Positions 19,279 to 27,750 of a DNA stretch of 64,000 nucleotides are shown here, in pieces. Within the stretch, counting starts at the first letter, position 1. Every line of letters starts with the position of its first letter. The translations under genes and the position numbers were made by a program. This stretch comes from Bacteroidota bacterium (GTDB taxonomy: Bacteria > Bacteroidota > Bacteroidia > Bacteroidales > ML635J-15), in the NCBI GenBank assembly GCA_034658655.1, contig JAYEFQ010000134.1:3463-67462 (forward strand). Reading direction: 5' to 3'. A model generated the notes under the pieces. The model searched no databases and was not told the DNA's origin. It saw nothing but the letters and a program-made list of their open reading frames with translations.

Positions 19279-21975
19279 TCAATAATTATTACGGTAAAAT
19301 TTCAAATAAAGATCAATATCTTTTTCTTTCTTCAAAATCTCATAATTACTTTCTGAAACGACAAATTGTATATGTTCAATGTCATCAATCACCTCAAAAA
19401 CAGTCTGATTATTTTTTATCAGATTCATGTAATTCATAGACTGTTTGCTGTTTTTGAATGGTTTAACATGTATCAAGCTTATATCCTCTGAAAAGAGAGA
19501 AATATTTACTTTGAAAGTTCGCATATTAAAAGTGAAAATATTAAAGCTATTCACTTCAAATTGTAGCTTTTTAGTATCAGCACGTTCTTCAAGTGTTGCT
19601 ATTATATAAAGATGCATTTCATTCGTGTCAAAGCTGTAAAGGCTTTCAGCCTTAACATCGTCAGAAACGGTTGTGTCATTTTCAGTGCTTTCAATTTCTG
19701 GAGTTGGTCTGCTGTCCAAATCGGCAATAAGCGCATCCATATCTGTTTCACCAAGATAACCAAGAATTTGCATCGCCCGATTAGATAGTGCATCTTCTGG
19801 GAAATTCTGAATAAACTCTGCTAAATTTTTCTTAAAAACCAATTGGTCAACATCTAATGCGCTAGTAATAATCTGTATGAAACGAACTTTTGGGGCATAG
19901 GTGCTTTCGGGGTGATTCTGCAAGAAAGTGTTTGCTTTCATTTCTGCCTGTTGAAATTTATTTTTTCGGTAAAGTTCGTAAAGAGTTTCATATTCTAAGC
20001 GTTGCTGCCTTTGCTCTTCGGCCAATTCTTGCATGTAATTCGGATTTTTGAGCAATTTGGCATAATGGCTTTCGGGGAATAAATTCATCACTTTTTGTTT
20101 GTAAGAATTGGCCTCATTTGACTTCCCTTTTTCTTTGTATAGCTCATATAGGCTATAATAGGCAGGAAGTTTATAGCCATGTTCAGGAAAACGTTCATCC
20201 AATGATTTAAAAGCCGTAATGGATTTGTCATAATCGTTAAAATCACGTTTGTAAATTTCTCCCATTGCAAAAAGGGCATCCCGAATGTTTTCATTGGAAA
20301 CGGCCATTAATGAATCATTCAAAGGTAAATCTTGCATATAATATGCTCTGGATTTATTGTCATTGACACGCGCTACTGTATTTGAATCGGATGCTACGCT
20401 ATCTTGTTCGGCATAAAAATCATCTTGAACCACAGATTTATTGGAGCGTCTCCAATGGTCTTCCAGTTCACGCGTTCCCCATTTTTTCTTAAATTCATTT
20501 TGTCCGAAACTTAGGGTTGCCGGATTATAGAAATACCAACCACCTCCAGAGGGTGCATTAATTTGATTTGAGCCTCTGCGTTGATCGAAGAGCATAGAGT
20601 TTTGTTGACGTTCCCTTTCCATCTCACGCTCTCTTTGCTCTTGCTCAATGACAGTTTGAATTTGCTCATCAATTAGTGCATTTCGCTCTTTTTCTGGTAA
20701 AGATGCAATGTGTTGGAGGCTGTCTTGAATTTCTACAACATCCATTTGAATTACTAACCCGGTTAGGTTTCGGGACAGATTTCTTATTTCATCATATCGC
20801 TGGTGTTCATTTGACAAATTCATGATGCAGGTGTCATAATATGCTTGCGACAATCTATAGTTTGGGATTTTATAGTAAATATTTCCCAATTTCATGCATG
20901 ACATCGCTTTTTGGCTATTATTTGAAAAGCTATTTTCGCTTGATAGTTTGTAGTTTTTGATTGCTTCATCTCGCTTGTTGTTTTCATATTCTATCTCTGC
21001 TAAAGCATAATATACTTGATCCAGATAGTCAATGTTTTTGTCGTCGCGGATCATTTTTGTCAGTAGCTTTTTCATGTCTTTATAGCTACCACCAAGTTTT
21101 CCATAACATTCTGCCATATTGATTTTGGCATTAAATGACATTTCGTAAGTTGCACTGCTTTTTACTACCTTTTTAAACATCTGAGCCGCCTTACGATAAT
21201 CGTTTTTCTCTTTATAGAGTTGTGCCAATAAATATTGATATCTCGTTCTTTCTGATTTGTTTTTGTTTCCTTTAATGGCTTTATGCAGGAGGGGCATTGC
21301 AGCATCTTTTTCTCTAAGTTTTAAATGATATGCAGCTTTGAGAACATCTACATCTGCTTGTAATTCTTCAGGAAAATCTTTTTCAGCATCAATCTGATCT
21401 AACCATTCACGGGTCATTTTCATGTTGTTTGTTGCCAAATTGGTTCTGGCCATCCAGTACATGGCATCATATTTAATATCCTCTTTACGGAATTCTCGTA
21501 TGATATACTCAAAATTTTGACGAGCAGGCAAAAATTCTGTTTTCATGAAATATGCTTTCCCCATAAGCAAGTAAGAATCGTCAACCCATTTATTGTATTC
21601 ATTTTTTTTCATGAATTCTTGATCCTTTTTGCTGAGTGTACCTCCTTTTTGCTTAGGCTTTGCTTTTATCGAATGATATTTTATCGTTTTAGATGCTTTA
21701 CGGATGGCTTTGTCCATATCACCGGAAATTGTCGATGCTGTTTCTTCATTTCCAAGGATATAAACGGGGAGCAGTTGGGTGAAGTCGTCGCTGTGCTGGT
21801 CTTCGACACGTTTAATGCCTTTTCGGTACGCTTCACGCCCGTTGAAATATACATTATAATGCGCCGTAATGTTGTGATAAGTGCGGCTAATGAATGTATT
21901 TTTTTCCGTAGAGCAACTCATCACCAGTAAAACGATGACGAGAAATCCAATGATATGTTGTTTGACCTGTTTCAA
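19279..21975 (-). CDS. TPR-repeat lipoprotein, probable PorW/SprE T9SS periplasmic lipoprotein
   Basis: Lipoprotein signal (LLVMSCS). The mature N-terminus CSTEKNTFISRTYHNITAHYNVYFNG resembles the PorW/SprE start as I recall it. Many TPR-like repeats, ~900 aa, directly upstream of porX. The family assignment rests on memory, not a search. Confidence 0.55.
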   Translation of the reverse strand: MKQVKQHIIGFLVIVLLVMSCSTEKNTFISRTYHNITAHYNVYFNGREAYRKGIKRVEDQHSDDFTQLLPVYILGNEETASTISGDMDKAIRKASKTIKYHSIKAKPKQKGGTLSKKDQEFMKKNEYNKWVDDSYLLMGKAYFMKTEFLPARQNFEYIIREFRKEDIKYDAMYWMARTNLATNNMKMTREWLDQIDAEKDFPEELQADVDVLKAAYHLKLREKDAAMPLLHKAIKGNKNKSERTRYQYLLAQLYKEKNDYRKAAQMFKKVVKSSATYEMSFNAKINMAECYGKLGGSYKDMKKLLTKMIRDDKNIDYLDQVYYALAEIEYENNKRDEAIKNYKLSSENSFSNNSQKAMSCMKLGNIYYKIPNYRLSQAYYDTCIMNLSNEHQRYDEIRNLSRNLTGLVIQMDVVEIQDSLQHIASLPEKERNALIDEQIQTVIEQEQREREMERERQQNSMLFDQRRGSNQINAPSGGGWYFYNPATLSFGQNEFKKKWGTRELEDHWRRSNKSVVQDDFYAEQDSVASDSNTVARVNDNKSRAYYMQDLPLNDSLMAVSNENIRDALFAMGEIYKRDFNDYDKSITAFKSLDERFPEHGYKLPAYYSLYELYKEKGKSNEANSYKQKVMNLFPESHYAKLLKNPNYMQELAEEQRQQRLEYETLYELYRKNKFQQAEMKANTFLQNHPESTYAPKVRFIQIITSALDVDQLVFKKNLAEFIQNFPEDALSNRAMQILGYLGETDMDALIADLDSRPTPEIESTENDTTVSDDVKAESLYSFDTNEMHLYIIATLEERADTKKLQFEVNSFNIFTFNMRTFKVNISLFSEDISLIHVKPFKNSKQSMNYMNLIKNNQTVFEVIDDIEHIQFVVSESNYEILKKEKDIDLYLKFYRNNY

Positions 21976-22029
21976 GTTTTTTATTTTCCTTTAGTTTAAA
22001 CTCAAAAATAGTAGCTTTATTATTAAAAA

Positions 22030-23874
22030 CTACTCAACGGTTACCGATTTTGCCAAATTTCTTGGTTGATCCACATTGCATCCGCGTAAAACTGCAATGA
22101 AATAAGATATTAATTGCAATGGAACTACTGATAGTAATGGTGCTAATGCAAAGTCTGATTCAGGAACTTCAATAACATGATCTGCCATTTTGCTAATCGT
22201 GTCATCGCCTTCAGTGACAATGGCAATAATAATCCCTTTTCTAGCCTTTACCTCTTGGATATTGCTAACTATTTTGTCGTATGATTTATCTTTAGTTGCA
22301 ACAACAATTACCGGCATGTTTTCATCAATTAGTGCAATGGGACCATGCTTCATTTCTGCTGCTGGATATCCTTCTGCATGTATATAGGAGATTTCCTTTA
22401 ATTTAAGGGCTCCTTCCATGGCAACAGGATATAAATATCCACGCCCAAGATAAAGTGCATTGGTTGCGTTTTGATATAACTTGCTGATTGCTTCTATTTT
22501 ATCAGACTTTTTAAGGATTGCAGAAATTTTGTCAGGGATTAATGCTAGTTCTTCAATTAAATCGCTGTATTCCTGATTGGTTAGCTCTCCGCTTTTTTGC
22601 CCAATTTGCATTGCAATCATAGTAAGCACTGTTACTTGTGCGGTAAATGCTTTGGTTGATGCGACTCCAATTTCTGGTCCGGCATGTGTGTAAACGCCAC
22701 CGTCAGTTGCACGTGGGATACTTGCGCCAACAACATTACAAACACCAAGTACTGTAGCTCCTTTTTTCTTAGCAAGTTCGATGGCTGCCAATGTATCTGC
22801 AGTTTCTCCACTTTGACTGATTGCAATTATAACATCATCTTTATAAATAATCGGGTCGCGATAGCGAAATTCACTAGCATATTCAACTTCAGTAGGGATG
22901 CGGGCAAACTCTTCAATTAGATATTCGCCTACTAAACCTGCATGATAACTTGTCCCGCATGCAATGATGATGATGCGTTTTGCATTTGTTAATGCATCCA
23001 TATTATAATGTAACCCACCGAGTTTTAGTTCATGAGTTACTGGATTGATACGACCACGAAAGGTATCGGTAATTGAACGGGGCTGCTCATGTATTTCTTT
23101 GAGCATATAATGATCATAACCAGATTTTTCAATTTCATCAACATCCAAATCTAATTTATGTACAATCGGTTTTTTCTCGCCTGTATGTTTGCTGTTCAGG
23201 TTTTTAAGATTTAATCCGTTTTTACCAATAACAGCCATATCGTTATCTTGTAGATAAATAACCGATTTTGTGTGTTCGACAATCGGGGTAGCATCACTAG
23301 CTAGAAAATATTCGCCAGAGCCTACACCAATAACGAGTGGGCTCCCTTTTCGGACAGCAAATAAATGGTCTTTTTCATCTGTGCAAGCAATGACAAGCCC
23401 ATATGCACCTACTACCTTGCTTAAAGCTAGCTCTACAGCGGTTCCTGCATCTACATTGCCTTTTAGGTAAATGTATTCAATTAAATTTGCGAGAACTTCA
23501 GTATCCGTTTCACTTTTAAATTCGTAACCACGATTAACCAATTTTATTTTAAGTCGATTGTAATTCTCAATAATCCCATTATGAATGATTATGAATTTTC
23601 CGTGCATACTGGTGTGAGGATGCGCGTTTATGTCATTGGGTTCTCCGTGAGTGGCCCAACGCGTGTGCCCTAGCCCAATGTTGCCTTCAATGTTTTTGCC
23701 TTGTACCTCTGTCTCTAAATCAGAAACTTTGCCACGGCATTTGTATGTGCTGCAATGGTCGTTTATTAATGCAACACCGGCTGAATCGTAACCGCGATAT
23801 TCAAGCCTTTTTAGTCCTTTTATTAATATTGGGTATGCTTGTTTTTCACCAATGTATCCAACTATTCCGCACAT
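22030..23874 (-). CDS. glmS: Glutamine--fructose-6-phosphate aminotransferase (isomerising)
   Basis: MCGIVGYIG N-terminal nucleophile, two SIS domains, C-terminal NLAKSVTVE. 614 aa. Confidence 0.95.
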   Translation of the reverse strand: MCGIVGYIGEKQAYPILIKGLKRLEYRGYDSAGVALINDHCSTYKCRGKVSDLETEVQGKNIEGNIGLGHTRWATHGEPNDINAHPHTSMHGKFIIIHNGIIENYNRLKIKLVNRGYEFKSETDTEVLANLIEYIYLKGNVDAGTAVELALSKVVGAYGLVIACTDEKDHLFAVRKGSPLVIGVGSGEYFLASDATPIVEHTKSVIYLQDNDMAVIGKNGLNLKNLNSKHTGEKKPIVHKLDLDVDEIEKSGYDHYMLKEIHEQPRSITDTFRGRINPVTHELKLGGLHYNMDALTNAKRIIIIACGTSYHAGLVGEYLIEEFARIPTEVEYASEFRYRDPIIYKDDVIIAISQSGETADTLAAIELAKKKGATVLGVCNVVGASIPRATDGGVYTHAGPEIGVASTKAFTAQVTVLTMIAMQIGQKSGELTNQEYSDLIEELALIPDKISAILKKSDKIEAISKLYQNATNALYLGRGYLYPVAMEGALKLKEISYIHAEGYPAAEMKHGPIALIDENMPVIVVATKDKSYDKIVSNIQEVKARKGIIIAIVTEGDDTISKMADHVIEVPESDFALAPLLSVVPLQLISYFIAVLRGCNVDQPRNLAKSVTVE

Positions 23875-23892
23875 AGTAAATTAGGTTTTTTG

Positions 23893-25152
23893 TTAAAAAT
23901 CAGATGTGATAATTTTTATTTGTAATGGAAAATCGGGATGAGCTCCACCATATATTGCACAGTAATTTGCACTTGTTCTGTTATTAAGGGCAAAAAGCGA
24001 TAGAAAATTATCTACGGATAAATCTCCACTTAATAAATCCTGTAAATAAAATGGAATATTAAATGTGTAAGATCCGTCGTCATTAAATTCCCCACCAAAG
24101 TGACTTGAGTTCACTTTATAGTCTGTTAAAAATTCATACAATTCATCATCATTTTTGTAAACGACAGTTAATTGCTCCGGAATATCAGAGGAATTAAAAT
24201 AGTCTTTCGCTATGGTAACTTGTAATTGTGCTCTGTTTATCCCTTTTTCCATGATGGCATTGAATTTAACAGAGTCTTTAATGACAAGTTCTGTTTTAAG
24301 CCCTGCGGCTGATTGAATAAATGCATATTCTTGATTATCGGTTTGATTATTAATTGCATTAATTATTTCAGATGCCCCGCTGGAATAATCATGATCAAAC
24401 ATGTTAATACGAACTGCGTTGCTGTTGATTAAAAAATCATAAATCGTCGTATCATTGTAATGCATAATCATTCGAGAATCATCTGATAGCAAGTCAAAGT
24501 AAGCAATGCAACCACCGTCAGTACCTGAAGGTATAATCTCAAAATATAAGCCTTTTATTGCGCTCAGAAAAGCAACTTCATCTTTATAAATTGTGTTATC
24601 AGAAAAAAGCGACAAAAAATCGGGTTCAGATATTGTAAATGCAATCGTGTCCTCGCCAGGTTTTGGCATAAAACTGTAAGTTCCAAGTTGCCGGAGCCCC
24701 GTACCCACATTATAATCACTATAATAAGTAGACTCAATATCAAAAACAGTATCTAAAACTTGATAAAGGTTAAATTTGATATTGCTTAAGGTATCACCAA
24801 AGTACCCACCATAATTCAATACCATTGACATTGAATCGACATTAATGGTTACATCTTCGCTAACATTCCCACTAGATAGCATTATTTGGCTAATAAACGA
24901 TGCGTCTGTTTGTCCAAAATCACTGTCAACATAAGAACCTAATAAACTAAGGCTACGCTCATCGGTTGCAACACTATTGTCTCGCACCGTGCGAGTGAAA
25001 ACACTTAAACTGTCTGTGGCTAAAATGATTTTATCTGATCCTGGTTGCAGTCCAATTCCAATGTCAGAAGGTTCTGTTTCGCATGCAGTAAAATTAATAA
25101 GCACACCAATAATTACGCTTGCGAAAAGGAGCGTTTGAAATAATTTCTTCAT
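23893..25152 (-). CDS. Hypothetical lipoprotein (DUF4270-like by position and size)
   Basis: Lipobox (NFTAC). Sits between the short glycogen-synthase-like gene and glmS, an arrangement I recall as conserved in Bacteroidota for DUF4270. No catalytic motif seen. Confidence 0.45.
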   Translation of the reverse strand: MKKLFQTLLFASVIIGVLINFTACETEPSDIGIGLQPGSDKIILATDSLSVFTRTVRDNSVATDERSLSLLGSYVDSDFGQTDASFISQIMLSSGNVSEDVTINVDSMSMVLNYGGYFGDTLSNIKFNLYQVLDTVFDIESTYYSDYNVGTGLRQLGTYSFMPKPGEDTIAFTISEPDFLSLFSDNTIYKDEVAFLSAIKGLYFEIIPSGTDGGCIAYFDLLSDDSRMIMHYNDTTIYDFLINSNAVRINMFDHDYSSGASEIINAINNQTDNQEYAFIQSAAGLKTELVIKDSVKFNAIMEKGINRAQLQVTIAKDYFNSSDIPEQLTVVYKNDDELYEFLTDYKVNSSHFGGEFNDDGSYTFNIPFYLQDLLSGDLSVDNFLSLFALNNRTSANYCAIYGGAHPDFPLQIKIITSDF

Positions 25153-25159
25153 AAAATAT

Positions 25160-25966
25160 TTACGTCTCTAAAATTTTGTCATAAAACGATGAATAGTTCT
25201 GAACGTAGTTTTCTTCATCTTGGTATTCGAGGATAGGTTTTTTTGATGCTTTTGCGTACTCCAAAAGCACAGGATTAACTGTCTCGCTGCCTAAAATGAT
25301 TGCATCGGAGTAGTCAATTGCCAGTTTGTTCAGACTTAAATAATCTGCATTTTTCAGTGATTCAAGATCTTTGAGTTCTACACCTTCAAATAATGCAGTA
25401 TTAACAACATTCGGATTGAGGTTGTTTTTAAAATTGTCATCATAAAGTGAATAAACAATTTTAATGTCGCTAAACAAAGGGTCATCTTTGTATGATTTTT
25501 TTAAATATAAAGGGACAAATGCTGAGAACCATCCATGAACATGGACAAGGTCTGGGCTCCAACACAATTTTTTAACAGTTTCAATAACTCCGCGCGCATA
25601 AAAAACCGCTCGCTTATCGTTGTCTTCAAATTCAATCCCATTTTTATCTTTGATAACGGCCTTTCTTTTGAAAAAATCTTCATTGTCAATGAAATAAACC
25701 TGCATTCTAGCTGCTTGAATTGATGCCACTTTAATAATTAAGGGGTGGTCGTAATCTTCAATGATGAGATTCATTCCTGATAAACGAATCACCTCGTGAA
25801 GCTGGTTGCGCCTCTCGTTGATACTCCCAAATCGAGGCATAAAGGTTCTAATTTCTTTTCCAGATTCTTGAATGCCTTGCGGTAGGTATCGTCCTATTTT
25901 TGACATTGGGCTTTCCGGTAGGTAAGGAGTTATTTCCTGTGCAACAAATAAAATCTTTTGTTTCAT
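25160..25966 (-). CDS. Short glycogen/starch-synthase-like protein (GT5 N-terminal domain only)
   Basis: KILFVAQEITPY ... RTFMPRFG ... VHVHGWFSA resembles the GlgA N-terminal half. The 268-aa form is common in Bacteroidota. Confidence 0.7.
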   Translation of the reverse strand: MKQKILFVAQEITPYLPESPMSKIGRYLPQGIQESGKEIRTFMPRFGSINERRNQLHEVIRLSGMNLIIEDYDHPLIIKVASIQAARMQVYFIDNEDFFKRKAVIKDKNGIEFEDNDKRAVFYARGVIETVKKLCWSPDLVHVHGWFSAFVPLYLKKSYKDDPLFSDIKIVYSLYDDNFKNNLNPNVVNTALFEGVELKDLESLKNADYLSLNKLAIDYSDAIILGSETVNPVLLEYAKASKKPILEYQDEENYVQNYSSFYDKILET

Positions 25967-26077
25967 GATATTAACATGTATTGTTATATGGATACAAAAG
26001 TAAACATTTTTAAGGAAATATACAATTTATACTTTCCTTTGATTGTTGGGAATATTAAACCAGCAAATGTAACTTTA

Positions 26078-26147
26078 TTATACCGATTGTGATTTAAAAC
26101 TACAGATATGCTACGTCTATCGGTGTTGATTCTACATCGGCATAATA
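26078..26147. repeat. Dispersed ~70-80-nt intergenic element, copy A (partner in inverted orientation at 55976-56054)
   Basis: ttataccgattgtgatttaaaactacagatatgctacgtctatcggtgttgattctacatcggcataata aligns with the reverse complement of 55976-56054, apart from an 11-nt indel and a few substitutions. Confidence 0.75.
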
Positions 26148-26374
26148 CCGGAATTTTTGATTTTAAAGTGGTATTATAAAAAGATTTTCACCCCGATTTT
26201 TAATCCAATCCCGCTCATCGCAAAATTTTCTTTAAGACTTTTTCCTGATACATCATCAGGGATGTCGATCGTATAATCAAAACTGTTCACATAATCAGTT
26301 TCTATTTCATACCTATTTAATTTCAAAAACCGTTATATTATTTGTACTTTTGCTTCATGGGGAAAGTCTTTACA

Positions 26375-26442
26375 ATCACGGTTGTCCGGTAAAAATATAA
26401 TAATGAACTAAAATTAATAAGATTTCTCGGACAACAGTGATT
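26375..26442. repeat. 47-nt dispersed repeat (partner at 35986-36032); here it forms the left arm and loop of a long hairpin
   Basis: atcacGgttgtccggtaaaaatataatAatgaactaaaattaatAag differs from the copy at 35986 at 3 positions. The arm ATCACGGTTGTCCG pairs with CGGACAACAGTGAT at 26428-26441. Confidence 0.75.
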
Positions 26443-26640
26443 TGATAATTTAAAAAATGTAAAACAATGGTTACACGAATTTGTAAAAAACAAACTCCCT
26501 AAAAACAGAGTTCTAAGCATTACACATAATGACTTTTATAGCGTGTTTTAAAATTAAATTAGTATAAGAGTGAGCCAGCCAGCCCAACTGGGCGTCAGCG
26601 TTGAGCAACAGGCATCGTCTGTTGGTTGTCTCGATTTTTT

Positions 26641-27750
26641 TCAATCGATTATTTTATTGATTAGGCAAATGTAAGCGTGGTGAGAGTGATGCGTAAAAAT
26701 TTTGTCTGGATTATGTGGATGTTTTTTATGATATGCTTCATTTGGCTGTAGGACAAACGATTGCCCTGTTCGCACATAGTGCATGGAATTCGAAAATTCT
26801 GGTAATGTGATTTCCCCAATTGCATTGCAAATTCCTGGTGTTAATTTTTCTCCAAAAAAATTTCGATAGTTTTTCAAAGCTTTTTCCGGATGTTTTTTTA
26901 GCAATTTGTAGATGCGTTTAAGTGCGATTTGTTTTGGAAGTTTTTCTTGTTTAAAACGATCACTAACTTTTGCAAATGGATTAATGGCATTGAAATCTTT
27001 TGTTGTTTGTACACTTAAAGGCATTTCCGGTACCCAATCCAAAGGGTTGATAATGTTAAAAGCCCATCCGCCTTGCGTTTTTTGTTCAAAATCGTAGGCA
27101 AAGTATAGATTTCCTACACGAGGAGCCGCCGTGCAGTATGTTTTAATTTTCAAATCACTTGGAAACCTACCGGTGTCGATTTTATGCAAGATTTCTGCGC
27201 TTAACAAGTAGGCAATTGCACCGCCTTGACTGTGTCCGGTGATTATGATATCTTTAATTCCTGTTTTGTAAATGGAATCAATACGAGGTGCAATGTCTTG
27301 CATTAAATAACTGGTACTTATTGTCCAGCCAGTATGTACGTATGCCTGTGGATTTTCAGAAAAACAGTATGCTAGTTTTTCTCCTTCTGCTGTAATGATT
27401 TCTCCTTTGGCAGGAATCATTGCTGCGTAGAAATTAGTAAGCCAGCTTTCAGATTTCGCTGTGCTTCCTCGCACAGTAATAATTGCGGTATTGTTATTAT
27501 TACACCATAATTCCCACAAATTATCAAAGGCAATGGTTTCCGAACGATATTTACGAGTGAAAGTTTTAGGCTCCGGAATAGGGTTTAAGCTATCGTTTAC
27601 GTATTTTTCGTTTCCGCCAGTTCTTGCGCTAACAAACATTACTTCAAGTAACTCTTGTTTGTCAAAGCCTGCATTCAGATTTTGTGCATAAAGCATCGAG
27701 CTGAGCGGCAGTAAAATAATTGTTAAAAAATATGCAAGCCTATTCTTCAT
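26641..27750 (-). CDS. Secreted class-3 (GxSxG) lipase-family protein
   Basis: ITGHSQGGAIAYL nucleophile elbow. The signal peptide MKNRLAYFLTIILLPLSSMLYAQ begins at the ATG at 27750. The track start at 27879 would run 140 nt into the upstream gene. Confidence 0.7.
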   Translation of the reverse strand: MKNRLAYFLTIILLPLSSMLYAQNLNAGFDKQELLEVMFVSARTGGNEKYVNDSLNPIPEPKTFTRKYRSETIAFDNLWELWCNNNNTAIITVRGSTAKSESWLTNFYAAMIPAKGEIITAEGEKLAYCFSENPQAYVHTGWTISTSYLMQDIAPRIDSIYKTGIKDIIITGHSQGGAIAYLLSAEILHKIDTGRFPSDLKIKTYCTAAPRVGNLYFAYDFEQKTQGGWAFNIINPLDWVPEMPLSVQTTKDFNAINPFAKVSDRFKQEKLPKQIALKRIYKLLKKHPEKALKNYRNFFGEKLTPGICNAIGEITLPEFSNSMHYVRTGQSFVLQPNEAYHKKHPHNPDKIFTHHSHHAYICLINKIID

